Shown one piece after another: positions 38,601 through 47,723 of a stretch of DNA of 64,000 bases. Where the stretch lies: the NCBI GenBank assembly GCA_013289955.1, contig JABCYZ010000019.1:28090-92089 (forward strand), given 5' to 3'. The notes beneath the pieces were generated by a model that worked only from the letters and a program-made list of their open reading frames with translations, searched no databases and was not told where the DNA came from. Made by a program: the position numbers and the translations under genes. Each line of letters starts with the position of its first letter. Positions within the stretch are counted from its first letter, which is position 1. Source of the stretch: Acidobacteriota bacterium (GTDB lineage: Bacteria > Acidobacteriota > Terriglobia > Acidiferrales > UBA7541).

Positions 38601-39278
38601 ACGAAACGTCTGAACGTGCTGGCCGGATACACGTTCAGCAAATCCGAGGACCAGTCTTCGAATATCGGCGAAGAGGTCAATCCGCTCAATCCGTCGCTCA
38701 GCAAAGCTCTCTCGGCCTTCGATGTGAAGCATAACTTCGTAGTGAGTTACAGCTATCAACTCCCTGTGGAAAAATTGTTCCGCGCGGTGAACCGCTGGAC
38801 AGAAGGCTGGGAATTGTCGGGGATCACGCGTTTCAGCTCCGGCCTTCCGGTGACGCTGGTCAACTTCGGGGACAATTCTTTGCTCGGCTCCGAGCCGAAT
38901 GGCATCAACAACTTTGGTGTCGACGAGCCCGACTACAACGGCGGCCCGCTCAGCCTCAATCACAATCCGCGCAACGGCCTCTCCTATTTCAATACATCCC
39001 AATTCAGCGAGAACGCCCTGGGCTCGGCCGGCACCGCCCGGCGCCGTTTCTTCTACGGACCCGGCATGGATAACTACGATATGGCCCTTCTCAAAAACGT
39101 GCGTCTCGACGAATCGAAGTCATTCCAATTCCGGGTCGAAGCGTTCAACGCCTTTAACCACGCCCAGTTCTTCGGCCCGCAAGCCGTCGACGGCAATATC
39201 GATAGCTCCACGTTCGGCCAGGTCATCAGCGCCGCCCCGCCGCGCCTCGTTCAGTTTGGCGCAAAATTTTTCTTCTAG
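35640..39278 (+). CDS. Oar-like TonB-dependent receptor with an N-terminal carboxypeptidase-regulatory-like domain
   Basis: Signal peptide; GSISGTVTDPSGA; LPLNGRSF-type plug (VPLNGRSFTDLL); NFDAEYGEFSGGQINVVTKSG; C-terminal FGAKFFF. Start may be ATG near 35668. Confidence 0.92.
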   Translation: MGFYEGNFRMFRTRQNCSPNFSLRTFKRSGDLAICLALAFLLLLAIPLRAGVGGSISGTVTDPSGAAVVKADITITNRETGLRQTTATDDRGFYSFPSLPIGKYELEVASAGFRSYRRTGIVLDANSALKIDAVLSVGERTDTVLIVDNPLIVETINTQNGQVVSGAQMTAVPLNGRSFTDLLTLQPGVAPATSITSETVQDVGASVLSPSGDLNPGTISINGQREFANSFIVNGSDVQEDVNMGTAIVPNLDSIAEFRILTNNFDAEYGEFSGGQINVVTKSGSNVFHGDVFEFARNTDLDARNYFSPTRGAFDQNQFGGTFGGPMQRDKIFFFGDYQGTRSRQGVDTGQIPVPSVADRSGHLSDLASSFVTTDANGNTVPTTVGGPYFASLLSEKLGYAVTAGEPYYTAGCTSATCVFPGAVIPQNAWSAPATNLLKYIPGANNPNGTFSTSSSNLTLRDDKGAYRLDADTRWGLLSAYYFLDDWSQDNPYPIAQGGANVPGFSALYLGRAQLLSLGDTKTINSTSLNEFRFSYLRNSNDLGKPVGGVGTSLASQGFQVGQGTPGIVALSPKTEGVESVGFNSFTMGTNTNELDQAGNTFQWLDNFSKVIGNHTLKLGGEFHYDQVNVNAIAQFNGSFLFFGTETGSDFADFLLGVPSQYNQSQLQPFYGRNKYLGLYGQDSWRATRKLTLNYGLRWDRIEPWYEKYNQIATFHAGEQSLVFPGAPRGILYPTDPGVPRTLAPPGNRDFAPRIGLAYSPEGNGDGLLAKILGGPGKTSIRASYGMFYTAIEALTIGVMSANAPYGTTYTSPAPPLFATPFVTAANGQNLGQVFPVTLAPLDSSASHPDPNIDWSQFEPITGLPNYPTTNRIPYTEEYMLSLERGFGADTLLSLNYVGTQGHRLLVLEEANPGNPALCLELSNPANLAPGQVPCGPFGEDTTYTTSAGQVYNGTRGPLGSNFGSNANQSTIGNSDYNALQITLRHTTKRLNVLAGYTFSKSEDQSSNIGEEVNPLNPSLSKALSAFDVKHNFVVSYSYQLPVEKLFRAVNRWTEGWELSGITRFSSGLPVTLVNFGDNSLLGSEPNGINNFGVDEPDYNGGPLSLNHNPRNGLSYFNTSQFSENALGSAGTARRRFFYGPGMDNYDMALLKNVRLDESKSFQFRVEAFNAFNHAQFFGPQAVDGNIDSSTFGQVISAAPPRLVQFGAKFFF

Positions 39279-39445
39279 CCCGAAGCCGCAATAGCTCCGA
39301 GCGCGATCAGGGGCCATACCGTTGACGCCTTACCGCTTCCTGCGCCCTGTCTTCTAAGTCCCCACAATCCGCCATTATCGTTTTGGGACCACGCGTACTG
39401 TCCCACGCACCCGCACGCTAAACTATTCGGACGGCATTATCCGGA

Positions 39446-42400
39446 GTGTTCATGCGGGGCAAGACTTCCGCCGCCTTTTTCCTGGTTATTGTGTCAGCTT
39501 TGGCGCTCGGGTCGCTTGCCGCGAAGGCAAAGACCACCGAGACGGCCCCGCTTTCCCTACCCCGCCGGCCACACTACGTCTTTCAGAAGGTCGGTGAAAA
39601 CTTCGGTCTGAGCTTCCTGACGCCGTCCTGCATCCTGCAAGACCAGGAAGGCTTCATCTGGATCGGCTCACCCGACGGCCTGCTCCGCTTTGACGGCAAT
39701 CACGTTCTGCGCTTTGGCATCGAACAAGGGCTTCCGAGCACCAATGTCAACCAGATCGTTCTGGCGCCTACCGGGCGGATCTGGATCGTCACTTCCCGAG
39801 GCGTCTCCTATATGGAAGCGGGCAAGCTTCATCAGCTGCCGCTCGCCAAGGTCTACAATTTCTTCCGGCAGCCTTCCGCCCTGGCCCTCGATCACTGGGG
39901 CAAGGTCTATCTCGCCACCGAAGGCGGCCTGCTGCGCGTCGATCCCGACCGTCCCAACGATTCCCGCCTTTGGTCGGTGGCGGATGGTTTGCCCAGCATG
40001 GAAGCAGAGTCGGTCAGCGTCACCTCCGAGGGCCGGGTTTGGTTTGCCTCCGGTCACCGCGTCGGCTGGCTTGATTCCCAGGATCATGTCCACATGTTCC
40101 CGGCACAAAGCGGCCTCGCTCACGAAACTGTGCGTAGCATTCTTGAGGACTCTGAGAAAATCCTCTGGGTTCGCACCTTGTCCCATCTCTATCGTCTGAA
40201 TCCAGGCTCGACGCACTTCCTTAACGAACTCCCAGATCTACCCCCCGCCAACGACTATGGCTCGCCCGCGCTCGATCGTTCCGGCAATCTGATGATCCCA
40301 ACGGTGGCAGGTCTCTATCGCCGCTCCGCCGGTCAGTGGGAAGTCATCGATCAAAGCCGCGGAATGGCCGTCAACGCCACTTTTGCCATCACCGAGGACC
40401 GCGAAGGCGCCTATTGGATCGGACTCGGCGGGGCGGGTATCGAGAGATGGATCGGCCGCAAAACCTGGTCCAGTTGGACACAAGCCGAAGGCCTTCCCGA
40501 TAACGTTGTGTGGTCGGAATTGCGAGACAAACGGAAGCGGCTGTGGCTCGGCACCAACACCGGCGTCGCCATGTGGGATCCCCAAGCCGATCACTGGCGC
40601 ATCTGGAAATCGAAAGACGGCCTCAACGGCTCGCTGGCCCGCGATCTTACACTTGCTCCCGACGGCGCCGTTTGGGTTCTTTGTCATCCGGGCGGACTCA
40701 CGCGCTTTGACCCCGCTACCCTGGTCCCCGAGAAAATCGCGACTCCCGAACCCTATCCGACCGGCGTTCACGTCGGCCCGGACGGCCGCATCTGGATCGC
40801 AAACGGTTCCTACGTCAAAGCGACGCGTCCCGCGCGACCCTTTCAATTCGTGGATGTGCCATTGCCTCCGGAAATCCACGAAGGCATCGGCCGCTTCGCT
40901 TCGAGCCCCGATGGCGTTCTCTGGGCCATTGGCAGGAGCGGCATCTCCCGCTTCGATGGCGAGCATTGGCTGCACTTCACGACGGCCGACGGCTTGCTGC
41001 AGGATGACGTTGTCGAAGCTGCTTCGGTCAGCCGCGATGAGGTCTGGTTTCACTACTCCGACGCCCTTGGTCTCAGTCGCCTCCGCCTCGTCGATGGAAA
41101 ACCGCGCGTCACAAACTACGGCCTGGCGGATGGGCTACCTTCTCTCGACGTTTACATGCTCGGCGCCGATCACGATGGCAACATCTGGGCCGGCGGCGCT
41201 TCTGGCCTTACCGAATTTCTCCACACTGGCCACACTCTTCGCTTCACGCAGGCCGATGGCCTCATCTGGAACGACCTGAGCGAGCGCGGCTTTTTCGCTG
41301 AAGAAGACGGCACCTTGCTCTTTGGAACCAGCGGCGGTCTTGCCCGCTATAATCCCATCTCCGCCGACGAACGCGTCGAGCCCCAGCCTCGCGTCGTGAT
41401 TACCTCGGCTCAGCTTGGCTCGCGGGATCGCCTCGGCGAACGCAATCCGGGAGCGTCGCATAGCGACAATACTTTCCGCGTGGATTTCGCGGCTCTTACC
41501 TATCGCGACCCCGAGAGCGTCCGCTGCTACTATCGCCTGGCTGGCCTTGAAAGCGAACCTAACGAAACCTCCGACCGCGAAGCTCGCTATCCCGCTCTTC
41601 CGCCCGGAGATTACAGCTTTACCGTCTCCTGCCGTTCCGCACGCGGCACGCTTAGTTCTCCCGCGGAATTCTCCTTCACGGTGATTCCTGCCTGGTGGCA
41701 AACCTGGTATTCGCGCGGCTTTGTCGTTCTCCTGGGCCTCTTCGCTCTCTACTCCCTGATGAACTACCGCACGCGCAAGCTGCAAGGCGAACGCCTGCGC
41801 CTTGAGGAGGCCGTCGCCGAGCGCAGCGAAGCCCTCGCGCAAGCCAACAAAGAACTCGAGGAAATGTCTCTCACCGATCCGCTTACCTCCGCACGCAATC
41901 GCCGTTTTTTCCAGGCCACCATCGCGAGCGATGTCAGTCAGGCCGTGCGCGCCTATTCCTCGCCCGATCCGACCCGCAGCCGCCGCAATCGCGACATCGT
42001 TTTCTATCTCATCGACGCGGACCACTTCAAAGAAATCAATGACCGCTTCGGCCACGATGCAGGCGATCAGATGCTCATCGACCTGACCACCCGCATCAGT
42101 TCCGCCATCCGCTATTCGGACGTCCTGGTCCGCTGGGGCGGCGAAGAATTCCTGGTCGTCTCCCGCTTTTGCGAGCGCAAAGAAGCCGCCACTCTCGCCG
42201 CGCGCGTCCTCTCCGCCGTTGCCGGCGAACCGTTCAAGATCAAAGGCGCGGGCGGGCTCTCTCTGAAGCGTACGGTCTCGATTGGCTGGGCCGCCTTCCC
42301 CTGGAATATGAATTCGCCCGTCGATGTTAGTTACGAAGAAGTTCTCGCCCTTGCTGACCGCGCCATGTACAAAGCCAAAAACGCCGGCCGCAACCTGGCC

Positions 42401-42541
42401 ATCGGAGCGCTCCCGCGTGAATCTGCTTCTGAGCCCCACACCGCCGTCGCGCACGGCGATTCCGAAGCCCGCGTCTCGGAAATCGCAGCCACCGCCGCCT
42501 ACATCACCACTTACGGGCTCGAGACTACTTCGATCACCTGA
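39446..42541 (+). CDS. Membrane diguanylate cyclase: periplasmic beta-propeller (Reg_prop) + Y_Y_Y + TM + GGDEF
   Basis: Repeated D.EG..W.G / .GL.S motifs; YRLAGLE..RYPALPPGDYSF; DPLTSARNRR; IDADHFKEINDRFGHDAGD; RYSD-x5-GGEEF (intact A-site and RxxD I-site). Confidence 0.92.
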   Translation: MFMRGKTSAAFFLVIVSALALGSLAAKAKTTETAPLSLPRRPHYVFQKVGENFGLSFLTPSCILQDQEGFIWIGSPDGLLRFDGNHVLRFGIEQGLPSTNVNQIVLAPTGRIWIVTSRGVSYMEAGKLHQLPLAKVYNFFRQPSALALDHWGKVYLATEGGLLRVDPDRPNDSRLWSVADGLPSMEAESVSVTSEGRVWFASGHRVGWLDSQDHVHMFPAQSGLAHETVRSILEDSEKILWVRTLSHLYRLNPGSTHFLNELPDLPPANDYGSPALDRSGNLMIPTVAGLYRRSAGQWEVIDQSRGMAVNATFAITEDREGAYWIGLGGAGIERWIGRKTWSSWTQAEGLPDNVVWSELRDKRKRLWLGTNTGVAMWDPQADHWRIWKSKDGLNGSLARDLTLAPDGAVWVLCHPGGLTRFDPATLVPEKIATPEPYPTGVHVGPDGRIWIANGSYVKATRPARPFQFVDVPLPPEIHEGIGRFASSPDGVLWAIGRSGISRFDGEHWLHFTTADGLLQDDVVEAASVSRDEVWFHYSDALGLSRLRLVDGKPRVTNYGLADGLPSLDVYMLGADHDGNIWAGGASGLTEFLHTGHTLRFTQADGLIWNDLSERGFFAEEDGTLLFGTSGGLARYNPISADERVEPQPRVVITSAQLGSRDRLGERNPGASHSDNTFRVDFAALTYRDPESVRCYYRLAGLESEPNETSDREARYPALPPGDYSFTVSCRSARGTLSSPAEFSFTVIPAWWQTWYSRGFVVLLGLFALYSLMNYRTRKLQGERLRLEEAVAERSEALAQANKELEEMSLTDPLTSARNRRFFQATIASDVSQAVRAYSSPDPTRSRRNRDIVFYLIDADHFKEINDRFGHDAGDQMLIDLTTRISSAIRYSDVLVRWGGEEFLVVSRFCERKEAATLAARVLSAVAGEPFKIKGAGGLSLKRTVSIGWAAFPWNMNSPVDVSYEEVLALADRAMYKAKNAGRNLAIGALPRESASEPHTAVAHGDSEARVSEIAATAAYITTYGLETTSIT

Positions 42542-42571
42542 CCATCCAACACTTCCCTGGGGCGGCGGTTC

Positions 42572-42613
42572 TTTACCCCGAGCCCCGAAGGGTTTACCCT
42601 GAACCTTAGAGGG
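42572..42613 (+). repeat. Tandem pair of 21-bp REP-like units
   Basis: tttaccccgagccccgaaggg / tttaccctgaaccttagaggg; 15/21 identical. Confidence 0.5.
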
Positions 42614-42630
42614 CCCCGCCCGCATGCGCG

Positions 42631-43539
42631 ATGCGCGTCCCGGTCGCGCTTCCGTGTAAACTCTCGACCGTGCCAGTTCTTTTCGAAAATTTGAAAGTTC
42701 ACAACGGCCGAATCGAACTCCATGCCATCGCCGCCGGCCCGCCAGACGGTCCCCTCGTCGTCCTGCTCCATGGCTTCCCCGAATTCTGGTATTCCTGGCA
42801 CAAACAAATCGGGCCGCTCGTCGCTGCCGGTTTCCGCGTCATCGTCCCCGATCAGCGCGGTTACAACAAAAGCTCGAAACCTCGCGGCGCCGCTTCTTAC
42901 TCGCTCTCCGGACTGACCTCCGACGTCCTCGCCATCGCCGACCAGCTCGGCCAGGACCGCGTCTTCTTAGCCGGCCACGATTGGGGTGCCGCCGTCGCCT
43001 GGGGCGCCGCCCTTCTTCACCCCCAACGTGTCGCCAAGCTTGCCATCCTCAACGTCCCCCACCCGAGCGTCATGCGCCGCTACCTAAAAACAAACCGTGG
43101 CCAGCTTCGCCGCAGTTGGTACATGTTTTTCTTCCAACTTCCCTGGCTGCCAGAAGCCGCCTTCTCTGCCTTCGACTTCCGCCTCGGCGTCCGCGCTCTT
43201 CGCCGCTCCAGCCGCCCCGACACCTTCTCTGCCGAAGATCTCGCCCAATACCGCGCCGCGTGGTCCGAGCCCGGCGCGCCGACCGGCATGATCAACTGGT
43301 ACCGCGCCGCCTTTCGCTATCCCAGCAAATTTCCTGATTCGACAGTCCACGTCCCCACACGAATCCTCTGGGGCGAGCGCGACGCCTTTCTCCTCTCTGG
43401 TATGGCCCACGACAGCCTCCGCTACTGCGACAACGCCGAACTCTACACATTCCCCAAAGCCTCTCACTGGCTGCAGCACGAAGAACCCGCCCGCGTCTCC
43501 GAGCTCCTCATCGATTTTTTCCGCGGCCGGCCGGCGTAA
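42631..43539 (+). CDS. Alpha/beta hydrolase, epoxide hydrolase-like
   Basis: HGFPEFW, DQRGY, GHDWG (Asp nucleophile) and SHWLQHE. Start uncertain. Confidence 0.9.
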   Translation: MRVPVALPCKLSTVPVLFENLKVHNGRIELHAIAAGPPDGPLVVLLHGFPEFWYSWHKQIGPLVAAGFRVIVPDQRGYNKSSKPRGAASYSLSGLTSDVLAIADQLGQDRVFLAGHDWGAAVAWGAALLHPQRVAKLAILNVPHPSVMRRYLKTNRGQLRRSWYMFFFQLPWLPEAAFSAFDFRLGVRALRRSSRPDTFSAEDLAQYRAAWSEPGAPTGMINWYRAAFRYPSKFPDSTVHVPTRILWGERDAFLLSGMAHDSLRYCDNAELYTFPKASHWLQHEEPARVSELLIDFFRGRPA

Positions 43540-43689
43540 CACGAAGATTGGGAGGAACCGGGCTTGCCCCGCACCCTACTGTCCCAGGTAAACTCGATCG
43601 TTCACCCTTAAATTTCGCCCCATCATCAGCCAACCAAACAAATCGTCTCGCACTCAAAAGTGGTACGATTTCCGCCCATGAGATCCCCT

Positions 43690-45249
43690 ATGCGATCGAC
43701 GACGACCAGAACTCTCTTGCTTCTGACCGCCCTATTTGCGGTGCTCGCGGCCGCTATTTGCAGCTCTTCTTTGTTTTCTCTGAAGCTCTCCGCCAGCATT
43801 CTCTCCCTCCGCGTAGAGCCAGGTCCGCAATCCTCTCCGGCGGCAGCAACGGATCCCGCTGCTGCCGCGCGCATCGCCCGCATTGAATCCGGCCTCCTCC
43901 CCGCCGTCGTCATCAAAGGCCAGCCTCCTCAGGCGATGACCGTCGCCGACCGCATGGCGCACTACAAGGTTCCCGGCGTCAGCGTCGCCTTCTTCGACCA
44001 CGGCCAAATTATGTGGACCAAAACCTACGGCTACGCCGATGTCGCGTCGAAGAGACCAGTCACAGCCGATACGCTTTTCCAGGCCGCCTCGATCAGCAAG
44101 CCTGTTGCCGCTCTCGCCGCGCTCCGTCTCGTAGAGGAAGGCAAACTCAGTCTCGATGAAGACGTCAATGTGAAGCTCCGCACCTGGAAAGTCCCTGAAA
44201 ACGCGTTCACCCAGAAAGAAAAAGTGACCATCCGCCGCATTCTCAGCCACAGCGCCGGACTCACTGTCCATGGTTTTGCCGGTTACGCTTCCGATGAGCC
44301 CGTTCCGACGCTCGTGCAGGTCCTCAACGGCGAAAAACCCGCCAACTCCGATCCCATCCGCGTCGATATCGTCCCCGGAACTCTCTGGCGCTATTCGGGC
44401 GGCGGCTACGTAGTCCTCGAAACGCTTCTCTCGGACGTCACGGCGAAACCCTTCCCGCAAATCATGAGCGAACTCGTTCTCCGCCCCGCCGGAATGACCC
44501 ACAGCACCTATGAGCAACCACTCCCTGAAAATCGTGCGTCAGAAGCCGCCACCCCGTATCGCTCCAGCGGCGACCCGGTAAAAGGCGGCTGGCACACGTA
44601 TCCGGAAATGGCGCCCGCGGGCCTCTGGACCACTCCCTCTGACCTCGCTCGCATGGCCATCGAAGTCCAAAACGAATACTCCGGAAAATCTTCGAAGATT
44701 CTTTCGCAGGATATGGCGCGCCAGATGCTCACTCGCCAATTCGGCACTTGGGGCCTGGGCTTCGGCCTCGAGTCTCCCGGCGAAAAGCCCCGTTTCGCTC
44801 ATGGCGGCGCCAACGAAGGCTTCCGCTGCAACATCGAAACCTCCACCGACTCCGGCCAGGGCTTCGCCGTCATGACCAACTCCGATAGCGGCGGCGAACT
44901 CACCGAAGAAATCTTCCGCGCCGTCGCCAAGGAATACGGCTGGCCCGATTACCACCCCACGGAGCACACGCTGATCAAAATCAATCCCGCCAGCTTCGCC
45001 GTCTACCCCGGCACGTACGAAATTCCCGGCATCGGCAAACTCGCCATCACGCTGAAATCGTCCGGCCTCTACGTGGAAGCCGAACCCTTCGGTCCCGACC
45101 CGATCGAACTCCTCCCCGAATCCCCCACCCAGTTCTTTGTCCTCTCCGGCGACATCACCTTCGCCTTCCACAAGGACGCCCAAGGTGCCATCACCGGCCT
45201 AACCCTTCACGCCGGTCCGCAAACCTTCGAAGCAAAAAAGACCTCCTAG
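43690..45249 (+). CDS. Exported serine hydrolase (class C beta-lactamase/S12 family) with a C-terminal DUF3471-like domain
   Basis: Signal peptide; SxxK (ASISK), LSHSAG, RYSGGGY, HGGANEG. Confidence 0.88.
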   Translation: MRSTTTRTLLLLTALFAVLAAAICSSSLFSLKLSASILSLRVEPGPQSSPAAATDPAAAARIARIESGLLPAVVIKGQPPQAMTVADRMAHYKVPGVSVAFFDHGQIMWTKTYGYADVASKRPVTADTLFQAASISKPVAALAALRLVEEGKLSLDEDVNVKLRTWKVPENAFTQKEKVTIRRILSHSAGLTVHGFAGYASDEPVPTLVQVLNGEKPANSDPIRVDIVPGTLWRYSGGGYVVLETLLSDVTAKPFPQIMSELVLRPAGMTHSTYEQPLPENRASEAATPYRSSGDPVKGGWHTYPEMAPAGLWTTPSDLARMAIEVQNEYSGKSSKILSQDMARQMLTRQFGTWGLGFGLESPGEKPRFAHGGANEGFRCNIETSTDSGQGFAVMTNSDSGGELTEEIFRAVAKEYGWPDYHPTEHTLIKINPASFAVYPGTYEIPGIGKLAITLKSSGLYVEAEPFGPDPIELLPESPTQFFVLSGDITFAFHKDAQGAITGLTLHAGPQTFEAKKTS

Positions 45250-45275
45250 CCTGTTTACCCCTCTTTCCAGCCGAA

Positions 45276-46817
45276 ATGGATTCATGCGGTTTGTCGGCTA
45301 CACCCCTGGGTTTCTCCGGTCGCCTGGTTCAGCTACAATGCTCGTCCGTTTGCTCGCGAGGTGAAAGGGTGGGTGGTCTGCCGAGGATTCCTGGAACTTG
45401 GTGTGTCTCTCCCGGGGACACGCCACGCCGTGCCCTCTTCGCCGTCTTGCTCCTCGCTTCTGTCGTTTCTTTCTGCGCCCCACAAGCCCGCTCCCAGCAA
45501 CGCCGCGAACGCGAAGCCAACAGCGTCTACGCTGCTCGCCGCGCCAAACTTAGCGCCCAAGTGGATGCTCCAATCCTTCTCTGGGGGTTCACTGGGCGCG
45601 AAGAATCCTCGCAGGCCTACGTCTTCGCGCAGGAAGAAAACTTCTACTACCTCACCGGCCACAACGAAGAAGGCGCCGGTCTTATCCTCTTACCTCCGGC
45701 GAAGAGCGGCGCAAGCCCCGTGGCATCGGGCTTGCCAAGCGAAATACTTTTTCTGCCGCCGAAGAATCCTTCCAAGGAGAAATGGAACGGTCTCCGCATG
45801 TCGCCAAGCGATCCCGGCATCGAGGCGCGCACAGGTTTCGTTTCCGTTCTGCCGTACCCCGAAATGCGCGCTACTCTCGAAAAGCTAGCGAAGGTCTATC
45901 CCGCCATCTACACCATTCTTCCCTATGAAAAGGAAAACGGCGGCTATCCCCACGAAAAAGCAGCCGTGGACTGGATTCACACCACCGTTCCGCAAGTTGC
46001 GCTGAAGGATATTCACTTCGACATCGAGGCCCTGCGCCAGATCAAATCGCCGGGCGAAATTGCCTTCCTCACAGAAGCCATCGAACTCTCGCTGGACGCG
46101 CAGCTCGCCGCGATGCGTATGATGCGTCCCGGCCTCCACGAGTATGAAATCGCCGCCAAAATGGTGGAAGTTCACGCCATGGGCGGCTCGGAAGCGGAAG
46201 GTTACGCTCCCATCGTCGGCGCCGGACCCAACTCCACCGCGCTGCACTACGACAAACTCTCGAGAAAAATCGAAGACGGTGACATCGTTGTCCTCGACGT
46301 CGGCGCGCAATACTCCGGCTACTCCGCCGACATCACCCGGACGCTTCCCGCCAACGGCAAATTCACCCCGCGCCAGCGCGAAATTTATGAAATAGTTCTG
46401 GGAGCTCAGAATGCCGCTCTGGCAGCCATCAAGCCCGGTATGGATTATTGCCAAAGAGGCTCGAAGAGCGTCCACAAAATTGCCTACGACTACATCAATT
46501 CCCATGGCAAGGACCTTCACGGCAAATCGCTAGGCCAGTATTTCATTCACGGCCTCGGCCACGATATCGGCCTCGACGTCCACGACCCGGGCGAGGCCTG
46601 CAAGCCGCTCGAGCCCGGCATGGTCGTCACCGTCGAGCCCGGCATCTACCTCCCTGAAGAAAATCTCGGCGTGCGCATCGAAGACGACATCCTCATCACC
46701 GAAACCGGCTACAAATTCCTGAGCGAACGGCTCCCGCGCAACCCCGGTGAAATCGAACAAATCATGGCCGAGGCCGCCGCCGGGCGCGCCAAAGAACTCA
46801 AGAAAGCCAACGATTGA
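45276..46817 (+). CDS. pepP: Xaa-Pro aminopeptidase (M24B), probably exported
   Basis: FYYLTG, LHY, DVGAQ..YSADITRT, HGLGHDIGLDVHD, TVEPGIY and GVRIEDD. True start probably about 45400, ahead of a signal peptide. Confidence 0.9.
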   Translation: MDSCGLSATPLGFSGRLVQLQCSSVCSRGERVGGLPRIPGTWCVSPGDTPRRALFAVLLLASVVSFCAPQARSQQRREREANSVYAARRAKLSAQVDAPILLWGFTGREESSQAYVFAQEENFYYLTGHNEEGAGLILLPPAKSGASPVASGLPSEILFLPPKNPSKEKWNGLRMSPSDPGIEARTGFVSVLPYPEMRATLEKLAKVYPAIYTILPYEKENGGYPHEKAAVDWIHTTVPQVALKDIHFDIEALRQIKSPGEIAFLTEAIELSLDAQLAAMRMMRPGLHEYEIAAKMVEVHAMGGSEAEGYAPIVGAGPNSTALHYDKLSRKIEDGDIVVLDVGAQYSGYSADITRTLPANGKFTPRQREIYEIVLGAQNAALAAIKPGMDYCQRGSKSVHKIAYDYINSHGKDLHGKSLGQYFIHGLGHDIGLDVHDPGEACKPLEPGMVVTVEPGIYLPEENLGVRIEDDILITETGYKFLSERLPRNPGEIEQIMAEAAAGRAKELKKAND

Positions 46818-46920
46818 ACGGTGTGCTAGCTCGGTGCCGTTCGTCCTGTTCAGGGCTCTGAACGAAAACGGCTTCTTGCTTCTGAAGCGACTGCCTTCGC
46901 CGGGCAACCGCGGTCTGCAA

Positions 46921-46950
46921 TTGACCTGCCTGAATGCGGCCCTCTATACT
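46921..46950 (+). promoter_or_regulatory. sigma70 promoter for efp
   Basis: TTGACC-N18-TATACT, about 120 bp upstream of the efp ATG. Confidence 0.65.
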
Positions 46951-47070
46951 GTTTATTCGCGTTGGGCGCGAACTTTTGCCCGGCGTGCCTCGAGTCATTC
47001 CGCGTGCGCCGCACCAGAGAGCGGGCTGCCTGCAGGAATTTCCGAAATTTCGCAATCGTTCAGGGAGCTT

Positions 47071-47637
47071 ATGAGCAGCGTTAAAGCCACACAACTCCGT
47101 CCCGGCATGGTGGTCCAGCACGAGGGCCAGCTTTTTACCGTTTTCAGCGTCGATCACCGCACGCCCGGCAACAAGCGCGGCTCGATGCAGACACGCATGA
47201 AGAATCTCCGGACGGGGGTCATGATTGACTACCGCTTCCGCGCCGAAGAATTCGTCGACCGCGCCATTCTCGACGAAGTCGAGTTCGAATATCTCTACAA
47301 CGAAGGCGACGAATTTCACTTCATGAACACGCAAACCTACGAACAGATGCAGATGACCCGCGAAGAGCTCGGCGAAACGGTGTACTATCTGATTCCGAAC
47401 ACAACCGTGAAGATCGAATTCTTTGAGGAAAAGCCGATCGGCGTCGATCTTCCGGACACCATGGAATTAAAAGTTACCGAAACGGAACCGACTCTGCAAA
47501 AAGCCACGGCCAGCGCGGTGATGAAGCCGGCGACGCTCGAAACCGGCCTGGTCATCCAAGTGCCGCCATTCGTAAATTCCGGCGACCGGGTCAAAGTGGA
47601 TACCACGGAAGCGCGCTACGTCCAGCGCGTTGAGTAG
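47071..47637 (+). CDS. efp: Elongation factor P
   Basis: QLRPGM, TPGNKRG, NLRTG, YLYNEG, FMNTQTYEQ, KPATLETGLVIQVPPFV and VKVDT. Confidence 0.97.
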   Translation: MSSVKATQLRPGMVVQHEGQLFTVFSVDHRTPGNKRGSMQTRMKNLRTGVMIDYRFRAEEFVDRAILDEVEFEYLYNEGDEFHFMNTQTYEQMQMTREELGETVYYLIPNTTVKIEFFEEKPIGVDLPDTMELKVTETEPTLQKATASAVMKPATLETGLVIQVPPFVNSGDRVKVDTTEARYVQRVE

Positions 47638-47723
47638 TTTCAGAAAATTCTTTTCTTGGCTTCCGTATTTGGTTTTCCGCCTCCGCAGCTAATTTCCGCG
47701 CAAGCGAAAATTAGAAGAGGCGA

